7,111 bases of DNA, from IMG/VR virus record IMGVR_UViG_2585427777_000007; one strand, written 5' to 3'. Every line of letters starts with the position of its first letter. Positions within the stretch are counted from its first letter, which is position 1. The position numbers were made by a program, and so were the translations under genes. The notes under the pieces are model-generated. The model was not told the DNA's origin, searched no databases, and saw only the letters and a list, made by a program, of their open reading frames with translations. Below are positions 1-6,938 of the stretch, piece after piece. Origin of the DNA: a virus (taxonomy: Duplodnaviria; Heunggongvirae; Uroviricota; Caudoviricetes).

Positions 1-477
1 CCGGTGGATGACGCAGTCTCCCTGCTGACACGGGGTGGCAGACTGAGCTGTAAGTTTCGACTGTCAGGCGCACTGACCAACAACCAGTTCGGTCTGGGAA
101 TTTATCTGTATACCGATGTAGCGTTACCTGACGTCGTGGCGATGACCGGGACTGGTAACCCGTTCCTGATGTCGTTCTTCACCCAGACCACAGGCGGCAA
201 ACTGAATCTGATGCATCACAAGAAAGCCGGAAACACAAAGTTGGGCGAGTTCGGGAATTACAGTAACGACTGGCAGACGCTGGAGCTGGTGTTCACCGCC
301 GGCAGTGCCACGGTTACTCCGAAACTGAATGGAGTGGCTGGCCCGGCATTCCAGGTCATAAAAGACAGTCTGACACTGGGGCTGAATGCGCTGACGTTAA
401 CTGATATCACTAAAAATGCCGCGTACGGCGTCGATATCGGCAGCCTGGTGCTGGAAATCAATAATCCCGCAGCATAA
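1..477 (+). CDS. hypothetical protein, 5'-partial (frame open to window start); not recognisable as a P2 lysis or tail protein
   Basis: Reading frame is open from base 1 to TAA at 475-477 (ORF track calls GTG at 4). A 23-bp gap containing AGGAGA precedes the ATG of the next gene, so it is co-oriented and probably co-transcribed with the tail module. The translation is Gly/Thr/Asn/Leu-rich and protein-like, but I cannot place it in a family. Confidence 0.45.
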   Translation, partial: PVDDAVSLLTRGGRLSCKFRLSGALTNNQFGLGIYLYTDVALPDVVAMTGTGNPFLMSFFTQTTGGKLNLMHHKKAGNTKLGEFGNYSNDWQTLELVFTAGSATVTPKLNGVAGPAFQVIKDSLTLGLNALTLTDITKNAAYGVDIGSLVLEINNPAA

Positions 478-500
478 GGAAGAGCAGGAGAGCAAAACAG

Positions 501-968
501 ATGCTTAAGACAAACAGTCTGCGAGAGTCCATGCTTCATGGGTGTCGGTGGTGCCAGGCTAATCCCGAGAAATTCACCATTTTCGTGGAGAGCGGCAACA
601 TTGAAACGACCGGGGAAACGCCCTCGTTTGTTTACCGCTATCAGATGGTGATGTTTGTCATGGATTACGCCGGAGAGCTGGACGACCTCACGCTGCCGCT
701 GCTGGCGTGGTTATCCGAAAATCAGCCACAGTTGTTGCTCAACCCTGAGCGTAATCAGGACATCAAATTCTCCGCCGTTATCAATGACGATGACAGCGCC
801 GATCTCCTGTTTACGCTCCCCCTGCGGGAACGCGTTCGCGTCACGCGCAGCAGTCAGGGCACACCGCAGGCAGAACACCTGCCAGAGCCAAAACCCCGCC
901 TGCCATCTTCCGAAGGCGACTGGTCGCATATATTCCAGGATGTGACGTGGGGTGAAAGCGATGGATAA
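501..968 (+). CDS. R: phage tail completion protein, P2 gpR-like
   Basis: ATG at 501 with AGGAGAGCAAAACAG upstream. 155 aa, with a central ...LPLLAWLSENQP... segment as I recall in the gpR family. Sits immediately upstream of S-V-W-J-I-H in the canonical P2 order. Assignment is from gene order and motif recall, not a search. Confidence 0.7.
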   Translation: MLKTNSLRESMLHGCRWCQANPEKFTIFVESGNIETTGETPSFVYRYQMVMFVMDYAGELDDLTLPLLAWLSENQPQLLLNPERNQDIKFSAVINDDDSADLLFTLPLRERVRVTRSSQGTPQAEHLPEPKPRLPSSEGDWSHIFQDVTWGESDG

Positions 969-1596
969 GGCATTCACCCGCGTGGATGAAACCTTTGAGG
1001 CCATCCGCGACAGCCTGAATCAGCAGGCCATCAATAACATCGCCAGAAAGCTGGCACAGGATTTACGTCGCGCCCAGCAGGCACGTATCCGGTCACAGAA
1101 AGCGCCGGACGGGACCGCATGGACACCACGCAGACGCCGCGTAACCCGGATACAGGAGCGCATTCGCTTTATCTGGAATAACGAAGCACGCACGCTGAAA
1201 AACTGGCATCACGACACGGGGAAATACGGGCGAACCATTACCGGGTGGGATGAGGATAAAAACAGCATCCGCACGTTTTACCGGGATGACATCGACCGTT
1301 TTCTGGAAATACGCACCCGGCGCATCAACCAGGACAGCACAAAGCGCGTCCCCATGTTCGTAAAACTGCGCACCGCCCGCTACCTGAAAGCCCGTGCAGA
1401 TGCCTCCGGTGTGACGGTGGGTTACAGCGGCGTGGCCGCACGTATTGCACGCGTTCATCAGTTCGGTGAGCGCGATCAGGTTGCGCCGGGCATTTTCACC
1501 GATTACCCGGTACGTGAGCTGCTGGGTATCAGCCAGGCAGATGAGCGCCTGATTTATAACACGGTGCTGGGCCGGATTGCGGAGGCTGTACGGTGA
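961..1596 (+). CDS. S: phage virion morphogenesis / tail completion protein, P2 gpS-like
   Basis: ATG at 961 overlaps the R stop (ATGGATAA); the ORF track's alternative in-frame GTG is at 952. Motif RRAQQARIRSQKAPDGTAWTPRRRR matches the basic Q-rich/PDGT-W segment typical of the gpS family. Ends at TGA 1594-1596, overlapping the V start. Confidence 0.7.
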   Translation: MDKAFTRVDETFEAIRDSLNQQAINNIARKLAQDLRRAQQARIRSQKAPDGTAWTPRRRRVTRIQERIRFIWNNEARTLKNWHHDTGKYGRTITGWDEDKNSIRTFYRDDIDRFLEIRTRRINQDSTKRVPMFVKLRTARYLKARADASGVTVGYSGVAARIARVHQFGERDQVAPGIFTDYPVRELLGISQADERLIYNTVLGRIAEAVR

Positions 1597-2174
1597 GCGC
1601 AGAACTCATGCGACTGCTGAGCAACATCATCCGCACCGGGATCATCTCTGAAGTTGATGAGAAGTCCTGGCGCGTGCGCGTTCGCAGCGGCGAACTGGAA
1701 ACAGGCTGGTTGCGCTGGAACACCACGCGCGCGGGAGCCTTCAATGTGTGGCTGCCGCCATCACCAGGCGAACAGGTGGTAATTGCCTGCATTGGCGGCA
1801 ACCCGGAAACCGCCATGATAATTGGCAGCCTGTGGAGTGATGCCAGTCCGGCCCCCGGCAAAAGCCTGAAAGAAATCGTGGTCAGCGCGCCGGATGGCGC
1901 GGTGTTCCGCTACGACGCAGACGCTGGCGCACTGAGCGCCAGCGGCATGAAAACAGCCACCCTGCAGGCATCCGTCAGCGTGACATTGGATACGCCCGTC
2001 GTGGAATGCACAAACCTTCTGAGAACAGCGACGCTTGACGTCACAAAAGGGGGAAAGATGAGCGGCAATATCACGCACAGCGGCGGCAATTTCACCTCAA
2101 ACGGTATCACAGTGCATACGCATAAACACGGTGGCGTTAAAGGTGGCAGCGATTCGACAGGAGGCCCGCAGTGA
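1593..2174 (+). CDS. V: baseplate assembly protein V (central spike/hub), P2 gpV-like
   Basis: GTG at 1593 overlaps the S stop (GTGA), with GGAGG 8 bp upstream. N-terminal ...IRTGII...W..W.T.RAG... and C-terminal ...KGGKMSGNITHSGGNFTSNGITVHTHKHGG... match the conserved gpV spike pattern. Lies directly before W-J-I. Confidence 0.85.
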   Translation: MSAELMRLLSNIIRTGIISEVDEKSWRVRVRSGELETGWLRWNTTRAGAFNVWLPPSPGEQVVIACIGGNPETAMIIGSLWSDASPAPGKSLKEIVVSAPDGAVFRYDADAGALSASGMKTATLQASVSVTLDTPVVECTNLLRTATLDVTKGGKMSGNITHSGGNFTSNGITVHTHKHGGVKGGSDSTGGPQ

Positions 2175-2521
2175 CAACCCGCTACACAGGAATGAATCCG
2201 GACGGGACGGGAAACCTGAACGATACGGAGCACCTGAAACAGTCAGTCAGGGACATCCTGACCACCCCGCTGGCCAGCCGGGTTATGCGACGGGAATATG
2301 GCAGCCTTGTACCTGATTTGATTGACGAACCCATGAATAACACCACGCGTCTGCAATGCATGAGTGCTGCCGTGATTGCGCTGACACGATGGGAACCCCG
2401 CATTGCCCTGGACGCCATCGACGTTGTCTGGAAGGCAGGAGGCCGCGCCGGGGTGACGCTGTCGGGCACTGTCATGCAGACCATGCAGAATGTTGAGTTA
2501 ACCATCACGCTGAGGGAGTAA
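2171..2521 (+). CDS. W: baseplate protein W (GPW/gp25 family)
   Basis: GTG at 2171 overlaps the V stop (GTGA), with AGGAGG upstream. 116 aa. N-terminus MTTRYTGMN...DILTTPLASRVMRREYGSL closely resembles P2 gpW as recalled. Confidence 0.85.
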   Translation: MTTRYTGMNPDGTGNLNDTEHLKQSVRDILTTPLASRVMRREYGSLVPDLIDEPMNNTTRLQCMSAAVIALTRWEPRIALDAIDVVWKAGGRAGVTLSGTVMQTMQNVELTITLRE

Positions 2522-2524
2522 ATC

Positions 2525-3421
2525 ATGCCTGCTGTTGACCTTTCCCAGTTACCGGAACCCGCCATCATCGCGAAGCCTGATTTTGAGGCAATTCTGGCTG
2601 ACACAAAGGCCATGATGATTGCGTCCTATCCTGCCGAACAGCGTGAAGCCGTCTCCGCCGCGCTGGAGCTGGAATCGGAACCCCTGAACGTTATCGCTCA
2701 AACCATGTCTTTTCGTGAAATGCTGTTACGCCAGCGGGTCAATGAGGGGGCACGCGCCTGCATGTTAAGCCACAGCGCCGGGACAGACCTGGACAACCTC
2801 GCGGGCAATATGAACACAAAGCGCCTGACCATCACTCCGGCAACAGATACCACCGACGCAGTGATGGAAAGTGACACCTCGCTGAGACTGCGGGCGCAGC
2901 GGGCGTACGATGGCCTGAGTGTTGCTGGCCCGTCAGGTGCATACGAGTATTTTGCCCGCAGCGCCAGCGGTCTGGTGCGTGATGCGCGGGCTATCAGTCC
3001 GTCTCCGGCAAATGTGACGGTTTCCATCCTGTCCACTGAAGGCGACGGCACAGCAACGGAGGCGTTGCTTAATACCGTTCGCGCCGTTCTGAATGCAGAG
3101 GATACCCGCCCGGTGGCCGACCGCCTTACTGTACAGAGCGCCAGAATCGTGACATGGCGGCTGAATGCAAAACTGTACTTTTACCCCGGCCCGGAATCCG
3201 AACCTATTCTGGCGGCGGCTGAATCGTCGTTCAGGAAGTGGCTGGCTGAGCAGGGGCTTATCGGTCAGGACGTGGCGTTGTCCGCCATTGCTGCCGCACT
3301 GCATGTGCACGGTGTGCAACGCGTGGAGATAATCGAACCCACACAGAATATGGCCATCAGCGACATACAGGCGGCGCGCTGTGAGTCATTCACCATCAGC
3401 GAAGGTGGACGCAATGAGTAA
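2525..3421 (+). CDS. J: baseplate assembly protein J (wedge)
   Basis: ATG at 2525 with GAGGGAG 7 bp upstream. 298 aa. Conserved segments (MPAVDLSQLPEP..., ...MESDTSLRLRAQRAYDGLSVAGPSGAY..., ...RPVADRLTVQSA..., ...HVHGVQRVEI...) match the gpJ family. Confidence 0.85.
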   Translation: MPAVDLSQLPEPAIIAKPDFEAILADTKAMMIASYPAEQREAVSAALELESEPLNVIAQTMSFREMLLRQRVNEGARACMLSHSAGTDLDNLAGNMNTKRLTITPATDTTDAVMESDTSLRLRAQRAYDGLSVAGPSGAYEYFARSASGLVRDARAISPSPANVTVSILSTEGDGTATEALLNTVRAVLNAEDTRPVADRLTVQSARIVTWRLNAKLYFYPGPESEPILAAAESSFRKWLAEQGLIGQDVALSAIAAALHVHGVQRVEIIEPTQNMAISDIQAARCESFTISEGGRNE

Positions 3422-4022
3422 TTCGTTGTTACCACCATCAGCCAGCAATTTCATGCGTTGTGCCGAAGCCGTCGGAACACGCATTACAGACATTCCGGTA
3501 GACCTCAACACGTTGTGGTCGCCGGACACCTGCCCGGTGCATCTGCTGCCTTATCTCGCCTGGGCGTTTTCCGTTGACCGCTGGGATCGCAACTGGCCGG
3601 AAGAGACAAAGCGACAGGTAATTCGTGATGCATGGCTGATACACCGACACAAAGGGACCATCAGCGCACTGCGAAGAGCCGTGGAGCCTCTCGGCTACCT
3701 GATTGAAGTAAAGGAGTGGTGGCAACTCAATGAGGAGCCTGGGACATTTCGCATTGTTGTCGGAGTACTTGATCAGGGCATCACCGATGAAATGTATCAG
3801 GAACTTGAGCGCCTTATTGCGGATGCAAAACCAGTAAGTCGCCATCTGACGGGGCTGGCGATCAGCCTGAGTGTGAACGGAAAGATTTTCGTTGGTACGG
3901 GATGCTATTACGGCGACGCCCTGACGGTTTATCCCTACACCCCGGAGTCCATTATTGTCGAAGGGGATTATTTCCCTGCCCCGGCCATTCATTTAATTGA
4001 TAATCTGAGAGTAAACGCATGA
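3414..4022 (+). CDS. I: tail/baseplate protein I
   Basis: The ORF track frame starts at GTG 3381, but the ATG at 3414 overlaps the J stop (ATGAGTAA) and gives an MSNSLLPP... N-terminus like P2 gpI. Conserved ...WSPDTCPVHLLPYLAWAFSVDRWD... and ...ERLIADAKPVSRHL... segments. Stop TGA 4020-4022 overlaps the H start. Confidence 0.8.
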   Translation: MSNSLLPPSASNFMRCAEAVGTRITDIPVDLNTLWSPDTCPVHLLPYLAWAFSVDRWDRNWPEETKRQVIRDAWLIHRHKGTISALRRAVEPLGYLIEVKEWWQLNEEPGTFRIVVGVLDQGITDEMYQELERLIADAKPVSRHLTGLAISLSVNGKIFVGTGCYYGDALTVYPYTPESIIVEGDYFPAPAIHLIDNLRVNA

Positions 4023-5833
4023 CAGTGAAATACTACGCCATTCTGACTAATCAGGGCGCGGCACGACTGGCTAACGCGACGATGCTCGGCAGTAAGCTGA
4101 ATCTGACGCGAATGGCCGTTGGTGATGCAAATGGTGTGTTACCAACACCAGACCCTGCACAAACAAAACTGATTAACCAGAAACGCATTGCACCGCTGAA
4201 TCTTCTGAGTGTTGACCCTAACAATCAGAGCCAGATTATTGCGGAGCAAATCATCCCTGAAAGCGAGGGAGGATTCTGGATCCGTGAGATTGGTCTTTAT
4301 GATGATAAAGGTGTACTCATTGCGGTGGCAAACTGCCCGGAAACGTACAAACCGCAGTTGCAGGAAGGCAGTGGACGCACCCAGACTATCCGCATGATTC
4401 TGGTTGTCACGAACACCGAAGCCATCACGCTGAAAATCGACCCGTCTGTGGTTCTGGCAACCCGCAAATATGTGGATGATAAAATATCAGAGCACGAGCA
4501 GTCACGACGTCACCCGGACGCCTCGCTGACCGCAAAAGGCTTTGTTCAACTTAGCAGCGCCACCAACAGCACCTCTGAAACGCTGGCCGCAACACCGAAA
4601 GCGGTTAAGGCTGCATATGACCTGGCTAACGGGAAATATACCGCTCAGGATGCGACTACGGCACGAAAAGGCCTTGTTCAACTCAGTAGCGCCACCAACA
4701 GCACCTCTGAAACGCTGGCCGCCACACCGAAAGCGGTTAAGGCTGCATATGACCTGGCTAACGGGAAATATACCGCTCAGGATGCGACTACGGCACGAAA
4801 AGGCCTTGTTCAACTCAGTAGCGCCACCAACAGCACCTCTGAAACGCTGGCCGCCACACCGAAAGCGGTTAAGGCTGCATATGACCTGGCTAACGGGAAA
4901 TATACCGCTCAGGATGCGACTACGGCACGAAAAGGCCTTGTTCAACTCAGTAGCGCCACCAACAGCACCTCTGAAACGCTGGCCGCCACACCGAAAGCGG
5001 TTAAGGCTGCATATGACCTGGCTAACGGGAAATATACCGCTCAGGATGCGACTACGGCACGAAAAGGCCTTGTTCAACTCAGTAGCGCCACCAACAGCAC
5101 CTCTGAAACGCTGGCCGCCACACCGAAAGCGGTCAAGGCTGCATACGATCTGGCAAACGGAAAACAACCGGCAGATGCCACGCTCACTGCTCTGGCAGGA
5201 CTTGCCACTGCAGCAGATCGGTTGCCTTATTTTACCGGAGCAGACCGCGCAGCGCTGGCAACCCTTACAGCTATTGGTCGCGCTATTATCGCTAAGGGCA
5301 GTATAAAAGATGTCCTCAATTACCTTGGTTTAGGAGAAGGCTCGGCGCTACCCGTTGGTGTGCCTGTTCCGTGGCCCACCGCCACACCGCCAGCAGGCTG
5401 GTTAAAGTGCGACGGGCGCGCCTTTACAAAAGAACAATATCCTGTTCTGGCCAGAGCCTACCCGACCCTCCGTCTTCCTGATTTACGCGGTGAGTTTATC
5501 CGTGGATGGGACGACGGGCGCAAAGTTGATACGAGGCGTTCATTGCTAAGTGGTCAGGCTGCAACATTTATTCGTACAGCTTTGCAGGATTATTACGGTT
5601 ACGATCTGAATACTAATGTCAAAGTAGGTATCGCTTTTGCTACTGCTGATTCTGTTATAACCGTTGGAAACCCAGCTAATCCTAAAGCAGGAAATAATAG
5701 CGATTATGTTCCTGCATCAGCAGATAACTCCATAATGGGTACTCAAAGGACAGCGGAGGATAATTTTACCGGGGCATGGATATCAATGCGCCCCCGCAAT
5801 GTTGCGTTTAATTACATCGTAAGGGCCGCATAA
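4019..5833 (+). CDS. H: tail fibre protein H (P2-like N-terminal anchor, tandem fibre repeats, tail-collar-like domain, variable receptor-binding tip)
   Basis: ATG at 4019 overlaps the I stop (ATGA). 604 aa. N-terminal ~160 aa (...MAVGDANGVLPTPD...GGFWIREIGLYDDKGVLIAVAN...EHEQSRRHPDASLTAKGF) match the P2 gpH constant region. Then five copies of ...VQLSSATNSTSETLAATPKAVKAAYDLANGK..., the phage tail fibre repeat. The C-terminal ...PAGWLKCDGRAFTKEQYPVLARAYP...LPDLRGEFIRGWDDGR resembles a tail-collar domain, followed by a divergent tip ending RPRNVAFNYIVRAA. Confidence 0.9.
   Translation: MTVKYYAILTNQGAARLANATMLGSKLNLTRMAVGDANGVLPTPDPAQTKLINQKRIAPLNLLSVDPNNQSQIIAEQIIPESEGGFWIREIGLYDDKGVLIAVANCPETYKPQLQEGSGRTQTIRMILVVTNTEAITLKIDPSVVLATRKYVDDKISEHEQSRRHPDASLTAKGFVQLSSATNSTSETLAATPKAVKAAYDLANGKYTAQDATTARKGLVQLSSATNSTSETLAATPKAVKAAYDLANGKYTAQDATTARKGLVQLSSATNSTSETLAATPKAVKAAYDLANGKYTAQDATTARKGLVQLSSATNSTSETLAATPKAVKAAYDLANGKYTAQDATTARKGLVQLSSATNSTSETLAATPKAVKAAYDLANGKQPADATLTALAGLATAADRLPYFTGADRAALATLTAIGRAIIAKGSIKDVLNYLGLGEGSALPVGVPVPWPTATPPAGWLKCDGRAFTKEQYPVLARAYPTLRLPDLRGEFIRGWDDGRKVDTRRSLLSGQAATFIRTALQDYYGYDLNTNVKVGIAFATADSVITVGNPANPKAGNNSDYVPASADNSIMGTQRTAEDNFTGAWISMRPRNVAFNYIVRAA
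4535..5164 (+). repeat. tandem array of 132-bp (44-codon) repeats inside H: 4 full copies plus 1 truncated/diverged copy
   Basis: Unit starts at 4535, 4667, 4799, 4931 and 5063. Copies 2-4 (4667-5062) appear identical base for base by eye. Copy 1 differs at about 4 positions. Copy 5 diverges after about 85 bp and runs into unique sequence. Confidence 0.9.
5313..5338. other. candidate site-specific invertase crossover site (hix/gix/cix-like) at the H constant/variable junction
   Basis: TCCTCAATTACC TT GGTTTAGGAGAA is a 26-bp imperfect palindrome around an ACC-TT-GGT core. It resembles, from memory, the AAACC-NN-GGTTT core of Din-family sites, and it sits exactly where cassette homology begins. 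Not verified against a consensus. Confidence 0.3.
5327..5525 (+). repeat. direct repeat copy 1 (about 200 bp, roughly 90% nt identity to 5841-6040): conserved 5' part of the tail-fibre C-terminal cassette
   Basis: Aligns to 5841-6040 with scattered mismatches, from ggtttaggagaaggctcggcgct... through ...ggatgggacgacgggcgcaa. Encodes GEGSALPVGVPVPWPTATPPAGWL...LPDLRGEFIRGWDDGRK in both copies. Confidence 0.85.
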
Positions 5834-5852
5834 AAACGTTGGTTTGGGGGAA
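5827..5852. other. candidate site-specific invertase crossover site, second copy, immediately after the H stop codon
   Basis: CGCATAAAAACG TT GGTTTGGGGGAA has an AAAAAC-G-TT-GGTTT core at the start of the second cassette, in the same orientation as the 5313-5338 site. Not verified against a consensus. Confidence 0.3.
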
Positions 5853-6040
5853 GGCTCGGCGCTGCCCGTTGGTGTACCTGTTCCGTGGCCCACTGCCACA
5901 CCGCCAGCAGGCTGGTTACAGTGCAACGGAGCTACGTTCACCAAAGAACAATATCCTGTTCTGGCCAGAGTCTACCCGACCCTCCGTCTTCCCGATTTGC
6001 GCGGTGAGTTTATCCGTGGATGGGACGACGGGCGCAAGAT
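5841..6040 (+). repeat. direct repeat copy 2 (partner of 5327-5525)
   Basis: Same alignment as above. The offset between copies is 514 bp, so recombination between them would fuse the second cassette to H in frame. Confidence 0.85.
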
Positions 6041-6317
6041 TGACGAGGGGCGTAAGTTGCTTTCATGGCAGAAAGGTACACTGGTCGGCGGTCATGACGA
6101 TAACGATTCTTCGCTTGATATCTCGTACATGAGTAACGGAAATAATATTGACTATGGCGGCGATAAGGTGTTTGCGGGGAATTACCGTAGCGATTATTTG
6201 TGGTACGTAATTCTGGGTGGAACAAACAGTCGCGCAAAAGCCGAATTAAACGGAGCATTCTTTAACATAACCCGCCCCCGCAATATCGCGTTTAACTATA
6301 TCGTGAGGGCGGCGTGA
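5844..6317 (+). CDS. silent alternative tail-fibre C-terminal cassette (tail-collar-like domain plus different variable tip); no ATG or RBS
   Basis: Frame is open from 5823 to TGA 6315-6317; the ORF track's start at 5844 is a TTG with no Shine-Dalgarno. The first ~65 aa are about 90% identical to H residues ~441-505, the middle is unrelated, and the last 14 aa (RPRNIAFNYIVRAA) are again conserved. It is in a different frame from H, so it cannot be made by read-through. Confidence 0.7.
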   Translation: MGEGSALPVGVPVPWPTATPPAGWLQCNGATFTKEQYPVLARVYPTLRLPDLRGEFIRGWDDGRKIDEGRKLLSWQKGTLVGGHDDNDSSLDISYMSNGNNIDYGGDKVFAGNYRSDYLWYVILGGTNSRAKAELNGAFFNITRPRNIAFNYIVRAA

Positions 6318-6323
6318 TACCGT

Positions 6324-6938
6324 TCAACTGGCAAGTGCCAGTGGCGCTTCCGGCCAGCTGATTTCAGGTGCCGTGCTGATATCCAGTGCGTTCAGCTCGT
6401 CGATATAATCCAGCACGGCGTTCAGTTTTGCCGTTTCTTCTGGTGTCAGACTGCGACCAGCACGCAGTTTGAGGTTGATAAGATCGACTGACGCCATCGC
6501 CTGTTTCACCCGTTGCTGGCGTTGCTGTCTGGCAACCTCCAGTTCTGCGGCTCGCTGCCGTTCAGTATCGGTTACCCACGCCTCACCGTTCCAGGTATCC
6601 CATGGCGTGGCTGGCTGTTTTGTGGTGGTGTCCGCCGGGTAATCACCCGGTTGGGTAATCAGAACAGGGTTACCGTTCTCCGTGCTGTATACCGTCTCGC
6701 CGCGGTGATCAGGCACATGCTCCCACCCGTTCAGCGTGGCAGTCCGGCAAACCACGTAACCCGAAATTGCCTCCGGCGGTGCATCGGCGCACGAATGTGC
6801 CGGAGTACCCACCCCAAGGGCGAGATACTCCACAGAGGATGAGGTGTATTCCCGGGTTTCCTCGTCATAGTGATATACAGTGATATCGCCCGCTACAGTG
6901 GCGATACCGTTTTCATCCAGAACTGCAGTGTTACTCAT
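6324..6938 (-). CDS. tail fibre assembly protein (Tfa chaperone, lambda Tfa / P2 gpG family)
   Basis: 204 aa. ATG is the complement of 6936-6938, with GAGGG 7 nt upstream on the - strand. C-terminal ...YIDELNALDISTAPEISWPEAPL and central ...W.HV.DHRGETVY.....NGEAWVTDTE... parallel lambda Tfa (...RVDTSTAPDIEWPAVP; ...DHRGKTVY...WNGTAWVKDTE) as recalled. Convergent with the silent cassette, with only 6 bp between the two stop codons. Confidence 0.85.
   Translation of the reverse strand: MSNTAVLDENGIATVAGDITVYHYDEETREYTSSSVEYLALGVGTPAHSCADAPPEAISGYVVCRTATLNGWEHVPDHRGETVYSTENGNPVLITQPGDYPADTTTKQPATPWDTWNGEAWVTDTERQRAAELEVARQQRQQRVKQAMASVDLINLKLRAGRSLTPEETAKLNAVLDYIDELNALDISTAPEISWPEAPLALAS

Noticed and set aside
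3381-3413. GTG 3381 as the start of gene I (as in the ORF track)
   Set aside because: The ATG at 3414 overlaps the J stop codon and yields an N-terminus matching gpI-family proteins. The extra 11 codons would lie entirely inside J. Both remain possible, but the ATG is favoured.
258-3992. Antisense or overlapping ORFs of 60-184 aa (258-539 -, 655-945 +, 711-1004 -, 1093-1458 -, 1529-1861 -, 1761-2078 -, 1910-2233 -, 2131-2316 +, 2182-2613 -, 2698-3051 -, 2933-3319 -, 3438-3992 -)
   Set aside because: All lie inside strongly supported + strand structural genes, lack RBS or coupling context, and have low-complexity Arg/Cys/His-rich translations typical of GC-rich antisense frames.
4535-5164. 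Possibility that the tandem repeats are a CRISPR array
   Set aside because: The 132-bp units are contiguous with no unique spacers, lie in frame inside a protein-coding gene, and encode a known fibre repeat motif.
4502-5306. Long ORFs in alternative frames on both strands (4542-5306 +, 4502-5167 -) with internally repeated peptides
   Set aside because: They are shadows of the 132-bp tandem repeat inside H: any frame of a perfect repeat stays open. The H frame alone has coherent phage-fibre sequence and coupling to neighbouring genes.
5327-6317. Diversity-generating retroelement (template/variable repeat pair) as the source of tip variation
   Set aside because: Mismatches between the two homologous blocks are not restricted to adenine positions, the variable middles are unrelated rather than point-mutated, and no reverse transcriptase ORF is present in the window.
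5839-6842. ORFs 5839-6132 +, 6010-6258 - and 6513-6842 +
   Set aside because: They are alternative frames or antisense of the silent cassette and of Tfa. Their translations have no protein-like character and overlap better-supported features.
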